This document shows positions 29,080 to 37,788 of a stretch of 64,000 bases of DNA, in pieces. The translations under genes were made by a program, and so were the position numbers. A model generated the notes under the pieces. That model was given only the letters and a program-made list of their open reading frames with translations, was not told where the DNA came from and searched no databases. Within the stretch, counting starts at the first letter, position 1, and the number at the start of each line of letters is the position of its first letter. Origin of the DNA: a virus (taxonomy: Duplodnaviria; Heunggongvirae; Uroviricota; Caudoviricetes); the IMG/VR virus record IMGVR_UViG_651324002_000003, positions 19,934 through 83,933 of that record. One strand, 5' to 3'.

Positions 29080-29349
29080 CTACCGACTCTCCTTAATTAT
29101 GATTGTCCCGCTCAACACGCCCCATGAAGAATGTTGCTTTATTGTGATTGTTTCAGGATATTCTTCTGTCCGCATGGGCCGTTGAATAATCCAAAGGTCA
29201 CTTTTGCTCCATTCGACATTTACGAATTTTGTCTTGGCTGGCAACTCTATTACGGTTTCCCCACCGAAGTTCTTTGTAGCGTTTTGACTTGTGCATCCCG
29301 CCGCAAACATTACGACAACCAGAATTATCATGCTCAAAAATTTTCTCAT
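29080..29349 (-). CDS. small lipoprotein
   Basis: MRKFLSMIILVVVMFAAGC lipobox signal peptide. Confidence 0.5.
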   Translation of the reverse strand: MRKFLSMIILVVVMFAAGCTSQNATKNFGGETVIELPAKTKFVNVEWSKSDLWIIQRPMRTEEYPETITIKQHSSWGVLSGTIIIKESR

Positions 29350-29551
29350 TACTGTTCACTCTCCCGCGTAGAAAGTCAATCCTCTTAAACCTCTTTGTGT
29401 TTTAGCTTTGTTCCTTCGCCGCCACTTTGCCTGGCGAACTAAAATGTGCAATTCACGCTTGCTTTGACTTTTCAGCACACACGGCCCCGGGAAGTCCGGG
29501 GTTGACGATAAAACCAATGCCCAATACGAATCATATGATGAGTCATATCGT

Positions 29552-29794
29552 TCACTCATCAATTCCTGCCGCCTTTTTCACATGCTCCACAAGATCTCGG
29601 ACGGTTTTCCACTTGCCGGCCGATTCCTCAGTCACGTCGATATTGTACTTGTCTTCTACTTCTAGGACGATCTCCAGCAAGTCTAATGAGTCACAGCCAC
29701 AGTCCCGAACCAGATCGGCTTCAATAGTCACATCCGCCATATTGCATTTCGTCTGGTTCATAATGATTTCCTGAATGCTCTCGAACACAGTCAT
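29552..29794 (-). CDS. acyl carrier protein homologue
   Basis: DCGCDSLDLLEIVLEVEDKYNIDV carries the ACP DSL phosphopantetheine-attachment motif and helix pattern. Internal Met start has a GGAGGTG RBS (the ORF-track start at 29866 is probably too long). Confidence 0.65.
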   Translation of the reverse strand: MTVFESIQEIIMNQTKCNMADVTIEADLVRDCGCDSLDLLEIVLEVEDKYNIDVTEESAGKWKTVRDLVEHVKKAAGIDE

Positions 29795-29813
29795 GGCGCC
29801 CACCTCCACTCGC

Positions 29814-30113
29814 TTAAAACGGCAGTTGAGTGGCATGCTTAGCCACCAGGTTAACGAACTGTTCATTGATACCGATCGTTCGGCAGAATGAAATAATCAC
29901 ATCACTGGCAGCCTGATCAAAGACTACTAGTGTGTCATTTGGATATCCATCAGACCCTTTCCCTTGAAGTGCTCTTACGACTAAATGTCCATCCGAATTA
30001 TAACTCGCCTGGACCCTTAATCCGTTAATTTCCATCTTTTCAACCTTAGCGATAGGTAATTTTTCAGTGCCAAAGGTTTCATTGTAGCAGGAACGCTCAA
30101 TAATCTCAATCAA
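29814..30113 (-). CDS. hypothetical protein adjacent to the ACP
   Basis: 99-aa ORF. Confidence 0.4.
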   Translation of the reverse strand: MIEIIERSCYNETFGTEKLPIAKVEKMEINGLRVQASYNSDGHLVVRALQGKGSDGYPNDTLVVFDQAASDVIISFCRTIGINEQFVNLVAKHATQLPF

Positions 30114-30153
30114 TGGTACTCACACTCCACTTCTTTTTCATACACCTATCCCC

Positions 30154-30597
30154 TTATGCGTCCTTCCAGTCTCCGAAAAGCATCCGGCCCCGGAATTTGA
30201 GTGTGTTCTCTACACTTTCCAGGTCACTCCGCAAGTTTTTGAGTTTTTCGTATAGTCCAAGGGCCCTCGCTTCTGCCAGCCGTTTTTCCTTTGCCGCCGC
30301 TTCAGCTTCCATGTCGAGCTGCTTGGCGGTAAAGGATTGGCTTTGTGTGATATATTCCCTGTGCCGGCTTACCCAGTCTTCAGCCGTTCCGCTCTTTCTT
30401 TCCGCTTCGGCTATTCCGGCCAATTCCAGCGCTTCCCCAGCCAGCCGGCCTACTCTGGCCTTCACCGCGCTTATGTACTGCAGTTTATCGAGGATCAAAT
30501 CTTTTTCAGTCAGCGGTTGTGTTTCAAGTTCGGCGATAACCCGGTAAACGTTCGTCAATGCTTGGCAGTGCTGGACTAACTGTTCGGCAGTCATTGT
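30154..30597 (-). CDS. coiled-coil hypothetical protein (start trimmed to the internal Met)
   Basis: ORF 30154..30678 overlaps abrB by 88 nt. The internal MTAEQLV start sits just after the abrB stop. Confidence 0.4.
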   Translation of the reverse strand, partial: TMTAEQLVQHCQALTNVYRVIAELETQPLTEKDLILDKLQYISAVKARVGRLAGEALELAGIAEAERKSGTAEDWVSRHREYITQSQSFTAKQLDMEAEAAAKEKRLAEARALGLYEKLKNLRSDLESVENTLKFRGRMLFGDWKDA

Positions 30598-30830
30598 TTT
30601 ACTTGGCCAACACATTTCTGGCACAGACCGATATGACCGATTTCCTTCACAACCTCGGGATGATTGCAGGCGGCGCACACCTGGCTGTACTTGCGGAGAA
30701 TTATTTTGTCGTTGTCAGTAAAAATTTCAATTGGCGTTCCAGTATCAATGCCGTAAATTCGCCGCAATTCCTTGGGTATTACGATCCTTCCGAGATCATC
30801 CAGTTCCCTTACAATTCCTGTCGCTTTCAA
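30591..30830 (-). CDS. abrB: AbrB/SpoVT-family DNA-binding protein with a C-terminal Cys cluster
   Basis: N-terminal GIVRELDDLGRIVIPKELRR swapped-hairpin motif. C-terminal CAACNHPE...CQKCVG. Confidence 0.75.
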   Translation of the reverse strand: MKATGIVRELDDLGRIVIPKELRRIYGIDTGTPIEIFTDNDKIILRKYSQVCAACNHPEVVKEIGHIGLCQKCVGQVKQ

Positions 30831-31219
30831 TTTGCTTCCCCCTTTTTGATTTCTTTTTCCTGGTAGGCTAACAGTGGAGTCTGGAGCCTCACAAAATACA
30901 CCTTCGCCTGATCGTCTCTGATCGGCATCTTAGGGAAATACTCCTTAACCGAGTAATTGTGTTCCGTATATCGCACGGGGAACCGTTTTCGAAACCACGC
31001 AGGGAAGTATTGTTCTTTGAACCCATCCCACCATGTAGTCGGATAGCGGATATTGATCTCGTCCATGAATATCGACGCAACCGCACAAGTCAATCGGTAT
31101 ACTATCTCTTTGTGACGATAATTTTCATCTCGCCATAGACGTATGCTGGCAATATAATCGTCTAGTCGCACAGCTATGTTGTGTTTTAGAACTTCTATTT
31201 CTCCCTCAATAGTTTCCAT
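30827..31219 (-). CDS. hypothetical protein (start trimmed)
   Basis: ORF 30827..31384 overlaps the HNH gene. The internal METIEGE start has an AGGGGG RBS. Confidence 0.35.
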   Translation of the reverse strand: METIEGEIEVLKHNIAVRLDDYIASIRLWRDENYRHKEIVYRLTCAVASIFMDEINIRYPTTWWDGFKEQYFPAWFRKRFPVRYTEHNYSVKEYFPKMPIRDDQAKVYFVRLQTPLLAYQEKEIKKGEAN

Positions 31220-31229
31220 AGCCAACCCC

Positions 31230-31613
31230 CTATTTCGTGTCTGGATACAATCCATACAGGTAATCCAAACATCTCTGCCGAATATCCTGGCTTCCATCCT
31301 TCCCAAAATGCCGTCGATAATGGCACGGGTCAGGCCCATCTTGGCAAAGAACACAGCCGTCTTCCAACCGGTCCTTTCCCCCATGTGATTTAGTAGGTTC
31401 GTGATGAAATTTTACTCCCTGATGAACCGGCCTGCCGCAGATAATGCATCTACCCTCATCTCGTTCCCATATATCCTCATTGAGCCTCGCAAGTGCTTCC
31501 CCGGCTATCCGCCCCGGCTTATTTTTCTTGCCCCGGGCTCTCAGCTTCGTTTTGGACCCTAACGCCGTTTTAGCTCGGAGCGCCGTCTTTCTTTTTAGTG
31601 GCGTTCGCTTCAT
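31230..31613 (-). CDS. HNH endonuclease
   Basis: CIICGRPVHQG..HH..........C..C HNH/Zn motif. Start trimmed to the internal MKRTPLK. Confidence 0.6.
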   Translation of the reverse strand: MKRTPLKRKTALRAKTALGSKTKLRARGKKNKPGRIAGEALARLNEDIWERDEGRCIICGRPVHQGVKFHHEPTKSHGGKDRLEDGCVLCQDGPDPCHYRRHFGKDGSQDIRQRCLDYLYGLYPDTK

Positions 31614-31618
31614 TGTGC

Positions 31619-32353
31619 CTACTTGTTCAGGTTCAGCATCGGCAGCGTATTGCCACCCCAATAAGCCGGCAGCTTTCCATCCCACTTATTAATCGCCATT
31701 TCCTGTAATACCATCGGACTCAGGCTGGTATGCTTCGTCTTTTGAGCCTCAGCCTCCAGGGCAACCCGCTCCTTGTTATACCGTGCCGTTAAAACTCCCT
31801 GTTCTGCGATTTTCTTGGCTTCTACTGCATGATTATATTCGTCGCTGAAATCATGATTAGTAATCAAGAGATCCTTGACAACTAGACCGTTGCCAGTCGT
31901 TTTTTCAACAAATACTGCCTTAATCCTGGCGCTAATTTCTTGGCGCCGTTCCACAAATGATTCAATCGGATATTCCGCAACCATGGAGTTAACAGTTTCG
32001 GCCAACGTCGGCGACACCAAAATAGTCTGATATTCAGTGCCAAATCTTTGATAGATTGTTCCGATTTCACCGGGGTTCACGGCATAAACCAAACTCACAT
32101 CCACCTTAATTGTCTGCATGTCCTTACTAGATACCTCCAAGGACAGAGGAAAATTCTGTTCTCGGATGCTCATTTTCTTCACACTGTCGATAAACGGCAG
32201 TTTAAAGTTCAAGCCCTCGTCCATGATCCCATGTAACTTGCCCATGCGGGTTATTACCCCGCGTTCACCGGTTTCAATTGTTGTTATCATGCCGAATAAC
32301 AAAATGATGATTAAAAAGACCCCGCACACTCCCAAAATTAATGATTTTTTCAC
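31619..32353 (-). CDS. SPFH/band-7 (prohibitin/HflK-C-like) membrane protein
   Basis: N-terminal TM helix, then GERGVITRMGKLHG...GLNFKLPFIDSV and the characteristic PHB-domain layout. Confidence 0.75.
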   Translation of the reverse strand: MKKSLILGVCGVFLIIILLFGMITTIETGERGVITRMGKLHGIMDEGLNFKLPFIDSVKKMSIREQNFPLSLEVSSKDMQTIKVDVSLVYAVNPGEIGTIYQRFGTEYQTILVSPTLAETVNSMVAEYPIESFVERRQEISARIKAVFVEKTTGNGLVVKDLLITNHDFSDEYNHAVEAKKIAEQGVLTARYNKERVALEAEAQKTKHTSLSPMVLQEMAINKWDGKLPAYWGGNTLPMLNLNK

Positions 32354-32506
32354 AGTCCTATTTCCCCTCTCAATGAATAATTATTTTCTTTTATCACCAT
32401 ATATTGTGTCTAATGCAATTTTAAACCACAACATATGTCCGAAACCGGACATTTCCCGTATTTCCCAAAAAAATATCGCAGGAATGTTTCATCCTGCGAT
32501 TACCCG

Positions 32507-32665
32507 TTAATGCCAGCGGCTATTGATTTTGTACTTTTCGATCAACCTCCGAAGGTGCCGCTCTGTGACGCCGAGTTTAATCGCGGCCTGACTAATTCTC
32601 CTTGAGGCATTCAGTGCTTGGACAATGAGCTCTTTTCGTTCAATCTGTTGCGGTACTTGGTCCAT
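32507..32665 (-). CDS. small Fis-type HTH protein (about 52 aa, found by hand)
   Basis: MDQVPQQIERKELIVQALNASRRISQAAIKLGVTERHLRRLIEKYKINSRWH has a Fis/NtrC C-terminal HTH pattern. Weak RBS. Competes with track ORF 32640..32852. Confidence 0.3.
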   Translation of the reverse strand: MDQVPQQIERKELIVQALNASRRISQAAIKLGVTERHLRRLIEKYKINSRWH

Positions 32666-32754
32666 AATCAGTACCCCCCATTTGATACTTCCTCACTTTC
32701 CTTATGGTAATTAGTGGAGCCAGGAGCCGTATCCCGTGCCTAAGTGGGACACAG

Positions 32755-33123
32755 TCAGCCAAGTCCCATAATATCTGCTCCCTGGGAATAAACATGTATT
32801 GCATGCAATATATCCCCGATCGGCCGGCTTCGGTCCTGCCCTGCAGTAGCAATCATTTTCAGGTATATCTCGCATTTTTGTCGCTCGACCCCCTGAAAAA
32901 CATTCCGGAATGGTACTCCGCCTGATAGTGTCAGGGAATAATCCATCTTCTTTGTGCGGCCATCTCGCTTTTTTGGTAGTCCAGCATTTTTACGCCAAGT
33001 CGAAAATATCTTATGCGATACTCCTAATAACCGGGCCGCCGCCGTGTCATTGGGAGTATTGTGATACACTTGATACCGGGTAGCCTGGTCGCAATCGGCA
33101 AGATACTTAGTCATAGTCATCAC
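32755..33123 (-). CDS. HTH-containing hypothetical protein
   Basis: ARLLGVSHKIFSTWRKNAG HTH-like segment. Confidence 0.4.
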   Translation of the reverse strand: MMTMTKYLADCDQATRYQVYHNTPNDTAAARLLGVSHKIFSTWRKNAGLPKKRDGRTKKMDYSLTLSGGVPFRNVFQGVERQKCEIYLKMIATAGQDRSRPIGDILHAIHVYSQGADIMGLG

Positions 33124-33503
33124 CTACCATATCCTCGATCCTCCTTAAACTTATTGAACAGTTCAAATTCCTTATTCTTTTTCTTGTACTCTTCCAGTTC
33201 TCGTATGGCCTTTTGCGCCGCCGCTTCTGCTGCGTTTATTTCGTCTCGCATATCCCTCAATATCTTGATAACATATGGTTTTACATCTATTACCTTATCG
33301 TCAAAGGTAAGCTTCGCGTCATCCGCTTCTTCCCACAACCGGGGCAGTTCGGACCTCACAACGACCCTATAGTTTATTTCATATGGATATAACACTAACG
33401 CATCAATCAAATTGAATAGCGACAAGCAGCCTAATAACGGAAGGTGTCTTTTAAGATCGACATTTCTATACACTTTCTTCTCCCTTCTCCGGGTATTTCT
33501 CAC
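33120..33503 (-). CDS. hypothetical protein
   Basis: 127-aa ORF. Confidence 0.4.
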   Translation of the reverse strand: MRNTRRREKKVYRNVDLKRHLPLLGCLSLFNLIDALVLYPYEINYRVVVRSELPRLWEEADDAKLTFDDKVIDVKPYVIKILRDMRDEINAAEAAAQKAIRELEEYKKKNKEFELFNKFKEDRGYGR

Positions 33504-33696
33504 CGCAGAACGGGCAATAACTGACCATGACCTTGATTTTTTTATCTTTTAACTTACCATTTTCACCTATAACATCCGCTGTGGCTTCGATATAAATACG
33601 GTTCGACAAAAGTTCCACTGGCATAATAACTCTACGCGCCGTGGGAAATGCTTTTTTCAGCTCGGTACAAACTCTATTTTGGCAATCACACATCAC
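33466..33696 (-). CDS. zinc-ribbon small protein
   Basis: CDC...C and CPFCGEKY pairs. Confidence 0.4.
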   Translation of the reverse strand: MMCDCQNRVCTELKKAFPTARRVIMPVELLSNRIYIEATADVIGENGKLKDKKIKVMVSYCPFCGEKYPEKGEESV

Positions 33697-33910
33697 TGTC
33701 AGCCTCCTTTCTTATGCCCAGTTCAGTCAGGCAGACATGGCATATATTTAATGTTGTTCCGTTTATTTTGTTTTTGATGACATGGGTTCCCGGATGCTCC
33801 CCGCATAATTGGCATTTCCTCTGGCATTCTTTTTCTGACGGGCAATTAAACATGGACGTCCTCCTTCGGCAGCAGTTCGGCAAGTTCGCAGTCGGGCTTA
33901 TGCCCAGCAT
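33686..33910 (-). CDS. Cys-rich small protein
   Basis: More than 10 Cys in 74 aa (CC..C..C..C..C, C..C). Confidence 0.35.
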   Translation of the reverse strand: MLGISPTANLPNCCRRRTSMFNCPSEKECQRKCQLCGEHPGTHVIKNKINGTTLNICHVCLTELGIRKEADSDV

Positions 33911-34256
33911 CGCGTTCCCTCCTGCACACTAGGCAAACTCCATATATTTGACCGCAGCAAAATTGAATACGTTTCAGCATTCTTTCGCACCGTTCCAACC
34001 TTTCCATATCCTCCGGCCAGCCGGTCCACGCCCTGGCAATAAACTGGGCATTCGCTTTCGCTTCGTCAAATTGTTCGCCATCTTCGGGGTAAAGGTTATG
34101 ATCATAATTGATAATGTGCTGTGTTTCATAGCTTGCTCGACTTACTAAGGCTGTCCCCATTCGCAGCACATGGCCGTCTCCCTCCTGGTATTCGTACAGA
34201 CATTTTCCTGGAGTTTTGGCCGCCATAATCTCCTTTTCCCTGGCCCGGTCACGCAT
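33846..34256 (-). CDS. Cys-containing hypothetical protein
   Basis: CCGQIYGVCLVC and an HKPDC motif. Confidence 0.4.
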   Translation of the reverse strand: MRDRAREKEIMAAKTPGKCLYEYQEGDGHVLRMGTALVSRASYETQHIINYDHNLYPEDGEQFDEAKANAQFIARAWTGWPEDMERLERCERMLKRIQFCCGQIYGVCLVCRRERDAGHKPDCELAELLPKEDVHV

Positions 34257-34476
34257 CGTCTTTCACCGCCTCTAATGGATTTTTCCCGTTGATCCGCTCG
34301 TATTCGCGCATTGCTTCCGAAATACTCCCGCAATATCCCGACGATCTCAGGCAGGCAATGCACCGTATGTCGCCGCATCCGTCATCACCATGGATATATC
34401 GCATTGGTTCACCGCAGACACAAATAAACCCAGTCTTAGGCATCCTTACCGCCTCCCCCCAAGGTATTCTCTGCAT
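34249..34476 (-). CDS. Cys-rich small protein
   Basis: CVCG...C.C..C..C pattern. Confidence 0.35.
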   Translation of the reverse strand: MQRIPWGEAVRMPKTGFICVCGEPMRYIHGDDGCGDIRCIACLRSSGYCGSISEAMREYERINGKNPLEAVKDDA

Positions 34477-34846
34477 AGTCCGCTATCTGTTCGCAACGAT
34501 AATCCCGTGCTTCGTCGCTGTATTCGCAGGATTCATCCGCGTAATCAACGTCGCTGTATCTATACGGTTCGCAATCCGGGCGATTGCACCCATTACAAAC
34601 GTCAAGAGGTTTTGCTGTAGCGGCTTGGGCAATATCCCAGTATTCGCTGTCCTCTACGGCGACGAACCTATCATCGCGACAAAGGCAATACCCCCATGGA
34701 CTTCCGCAAAACTCCCCAACACTGCAATTCGCACAATGCTGATCCAATTCTCCTATTTTCATTTTGTTCCGTCGCCTCCCCTCTTCCTCGGCTTGTAAGT
34801 GCATTCGATGTGCCACATATCGCTTTGTCCAATTAAGTGAGGGCAT
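34436..34846 (-). CDS. Cys-rich hypothetical protein
   Basis: CANC, CLC, CNGCNRPDC, CEYSD... motifs. Confidence 0.4.
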   Translation of the reverse strand: MPSLNWTKRYVAHRMHLQAEEEGRRRNKMKIGELDQHCANCSVGEFCGSPWGYCLCRDDRFVAVEDSEYWDIAQAATAKPLDVCNGCNRPDCEPYRYSDVDYADESCEYSDEARDYRCEQIADYAENTLGGGGKDA

Positions 34847-34938
34847 TTGTCACATTTGGCTATATTTATTTCCCTTTTCTTTTTGGGGCACATGGCTAAC
34901 TGTATATACCGTGTTTCAAGCACCATCCTGACCGCCTC

Positions 34939-35154
34939 CTAATCATACCGATCGTTTTCGCCAAGTACCCAACGCAAAGCATCTTCGGTTGCTTGGCAGT
35001 CAATCAGCATGTCTTTTAGGACTTCTTGGGATATCTTCTTGTTCTGATACGATCTACGGCAATTTTGAGCGGCTCGTTGCGTAGCTTCGATTTCATCCCT
35101 TATTTCCCGCTCTGTTTTCACGACGCGCCTCCTAACAGTTCCGGGTTGTCCCAC
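34939..35154 (-). CDS. hypothetical protein
   Basis: 71-aa ORF. Confidence 0.35.
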   Translation of the reverse strand: MGQPGTVRRRVVKTEREIRDEIEATQRAAQNCRRSYQNKKISQEVLKDMLIDCQATEDALRWVLGENDRYD

Positions 35155-35519
35155 CTAGTGCCGATTTTTTCAAGTTTCTGCCCTAAGTCCGCTTTTGACG
35201 GGTCCCATTGCCATAGCGGGAAAGTCTGCCCTTGAGATAAGCGGTGTCCTTTTATAACCAGTCCGGCCCATTGGTGGCGGTCAGACCATATAATTTCAAC
35301 TATTGCTCCCGTTTCGTCCTTGCAGATATCGCCTCGGTAAAGATCTTGAAATCCGGTATACTGCCCGACCGTGGCCGGATCAACAGAATAAACCGTGTTT
35401 TCGTCACCGAACTGCATGATCGATATTACACCGAACATCTTAACTAAGTACCCAATTACCCACTTGCCGGTCGCTAAGCTTTTCCCCCGGAATTTTATCT
35501 CCCTACTCACCGGCTTCAC
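35118..35519 (-). CDS. YopX-family phage protein
   Basis: REIKFRGK...GKWVIGYL N-terminal signature of the YopX domain. Confidence 0.6.
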   Translation of the reverse strand: MKPVSREIKFRGKSLATGKWVIGYLVKMFGVISIMQFGDENTVYSVDPATVGQYTGFQDLYRGDICKDETGAIVEIIWSDRHQWAGLVIKGHRLSQGQTFPLWQWDPSKADLGQKLEKIGTRWDNPELLGGAS

Positions 35520-35775
35520 GCTCCTTCAATGCCTCGTATAGTAAAGTTAGAACAGAACCATCGCCCACATCGTTCCCGCGGTCTTCAAGCCATGGCTTGG
35601 CTGCCAATAATGCCGTCTCCAACTCCACAATTCGGGACTGCTGATCCTTGATGAAATCAACTATCTCCATTGCTCTGCGAATTGATATTGGCTTCACGCC
35701 TGCAACCGACGGATAAAACTCTATAAATTTGTCTCTGAGTATCTCTATCGCCTTCTCCGACGTCATCTTGTCCAT
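35503..35775 (-). CDS. hypothetical protein
   Basis: 90-aa ORF. Confidence 0.35.
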   Translation of the reverse strand: MDKMTSEKAIEILRDKFIEFYPSVAGVKPISIRRAMEIVDFIKDQQSRIVELETALLAAKPWLEDRGNDVGDGSVLTLLYEALKEREAGE

Positions 35776-36221
35776 CAGGATTCCTCCTTTTGCTTTTGAA
35801 ACTTTCTCGCCTGCAGTTCACGCTCTTTATTTCCCCATCTGGTAAGTTCTTCCGGTAAAATACCTCGACTGCAGTGTGGGCATATCGGTATCATCCCTGC
35901 CCGTAATTCCCGTTCGAATTCACGCGCTCGTATCAGCCATGGCTTGTATTCGGATAGTTCCTTGGCCTGTTCGAAAAGCTGTTTAAGCTCGCTATTCCTC
36001 CGTTCGTCCTGTTCGGCACACAGGAGCATCGCGTCAAACGCATCGATCTTATTTCCGCAATGCCGGCAGAATACTTCTCGGTTTTTTGGATCGAATTCAA
36101 ATGCAAGCGGCTTTTTGGGGAAGGTCATCCACTCATAGCAGGAGCAATGCTTTTCTTTCCCTCGATTGATGCGGAAAGTGGATAGTTGGACTATGTTTTC
36201 GGGTAATTTGTCACCCATCAT
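35775..36221 (-). CDS. zinc-ribbon hypothetical protein
   Basis: CRHCGNK...CPHCSRG pair. Confidence 0.4.
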   Translation of the reverse strand: MMGDKLPENIVQLSTFRINRGKEKHCSCYEWMTFPKKPLAFEFDPKNREVFCRHCGNKIDAFDAMLLCAEQDERRNSELKQLFEQAKELSEYKPWLIRAREFERELRAGMIPICPHCSRGILPEELTRWGNKERELQARKFQKQKEES

Positions 36222-36386
36222 GTTCCTCCTTCGCTTGTCTTTGTTTAATGGCTAGTGCCACCTCATGGCGTCTAATCATTTCGTTCAACATGCACTCCAT
36301 CATTCCAAGTCCCCAAAATTTAGCGACATCGTTTAACTGCTCTATCTGCTCTTTTGTCATCCATTCAGGGGCTTTGTAGCGCAGTT

Positions 36387-36827
36387 TCATGCTTCGCGCT
36401 CCTCTCGCTTCGGGGCGGAGAGGGCCACGCGGGACATTATGACAACGTTATACAACTCAGGACGATTAATCCAATCGTTCTTGTCGTCAACTTCAATCCA
36501 CGCAATTTCTTCCAGCGCCGCCGTCAGTTTCGCCACCCTGGCCTGGGCGGCGTCCCGCTCCTGCTCCAACCTTGCCTTTTCCTCGACGTGATTGTCAGCC
36601 ATAGTCTGGATAGTACCGCGCAACGAATCGCATTGCCGCCGCAGGCCAACACCCTCTTTTTTCAGCAACTCAACATCAATCATCAGCTTTCCGATCAACT
36701 CCCTGGCCCAACCGGGTATTCCTCGCAATCTGTCGTATATCCGGTCAAGGTTCGGATAGCCTGTTTTAGGCCGTGTAAGCAACTCTTCCAGAAGTGTTTT
36801 GTTTTCAATCATCCTCTTCCACCTCAT
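36387..36827 (-). CDS. coiled-coil hypothetical protein
   Basis: 146-aa ORF. Confidence 0.4.
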   Translation of the reverse strand: MRWKRMIENKTLLEELLTRPKTGYPNLDRIYDRLRGIPGWARELIGKLMIDVELLKKEGVGLRRQCDSLRGTIQTMADNHVEEKARLEQERDAAQARVAKLTAALEEIAWIEVDDKNDWINRPELYNVVIMSRVALSAPKREEREA

Positions 36828-36859
36828 TTAATGAGCATTGATATTCAACGCAGGTTGTT

Positions 36860-37093
36860 TCACTCATCGCCGCTTACCCCCAACGCCTGCACGCAAATCC
36901 GCTTGACGGCTGAATTTATCCGTGGGGATTTTTGTATGGATTTTATGGCAGTTTCTAGTGCTTCTATCCTATCACGTTGCCCCTCGATAATCACAAGGAG
37001 CGATTCATTACAATCTTCGCATACCGCGTCCATTAATCTACCAGTTTCTTTTGATCTGATTACAGCAAAGCCGCCATCATGTTTACAACTCAT
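36860..37093 (-). CDS. hypothetical protein
   Basis: 77-aa ORF. Confidence 0.35.
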   Translation of the reverse strand: MSCKHDGGFAVIRSKETGRLMDAVCEDCNESLLVIIEGQRDRIEALETAIKSIQKSPRINSAVKRICVQALGVSGDE

Positions 37094-37448
37094 CGCCGCT
37101 CACCCCTCCCTCGGCAATCAACCTGTCTATCTCGGCCGCAATCAGCGCCCCGGCCTTGGTCAATTCGCGAATCCGGTTGTCTGGGGTTGGTCGCCACCAT
37201 CTTATTTGCCAAGGCCACCAGATTATTATGCTTCCGCCAATTCTATCCGCAAAACGCTCTCTCAGCCTGGCCGGTATGGCATATGCTGCCGCAGCTAAAG
37301 CTAATTCGTCATAATCATGCCGCAGATTTGGAGCTATTTCCCTATTTCTTTCGGCAGCAATGAGTTGGATTCCGTCCGGTTTGTACGGTTTAAACGTATT
37401 TTCAAATCCCCTTTTACCTGGCATCTTCGTAATACCCCCTCGCCGCAT
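37083..37448 (-). CDS. hypothetical protein
   Basis: 121-aa ORF. Confidence 0.35.
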   Translation of the reverse strand: MRRGGITKMPGKRGFENTFKPYKPDGIQLIAAERNREIAPNLRHDYDELALAAAAYAIPARLRERFADRIGGSIIIWWPWQIRWWRPTPDNRIRELTKAGALIAAEIDRLIAEGGVSGDEL

Positions 37449-37788
37449 TCTTTTCGATCACCTTCCGCCTGACTTCCGCCCGGGCCTTATCGTCATACCC
37501 CAGGATTGCAAGTTCGGTTTCCCGGCTCATCTGACCGTCAACAAGTTCCATCGCATATTCCTCTTTCGATTTCGGGGAAGGATGTGCAAGGTACCATTCA
37601 AGCGCTTTTTTCTCTTCAAGGTTCTCACTCTGAACGTGCCCGATCTGCTGCAATAGCGTATTTCCCAGAAACCGCGTCGCCGGCCTGATCTCGGTTTCCC
37701 GGCGGTGCTTCAGTTCTTGTAACAACCTTTTCAATTCCAATCCATGCTCTGTCCCGGAGCAAGAATAAATATGCTCATCCAATGTCAT
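37414..37788 (-). CDS. hypothetical protein
   Basis: 124-aa ORF. Confidence 0.35.
   Translation of the reverse strand: MTLDEHIYSCSGTEHGLELKRLLQELKHRRETEIRPATRFLGNTLLQQIGHVQSENLEEKKALEWYLAHPSPKSKEEYAMELVDGQMSRETELAILGYDDKARAEVRRKVIEKNAARGYYEDAR

Noticed and set aside
32640-32852. 70-aa minus ORF from the six-frame track
   Set aside because: Overlaps, in another frame, a hand-found 52-aa ORF with a convincing Fis-type HTH. Neither is certain, and the track ORF has no recognisable features.
36354-37298. 314-aa plus-strand ORF
   Set aside because: Overlaps three consecutive minus-strand genes on the opposite strand. Translation is low-complexity with no RBS context.
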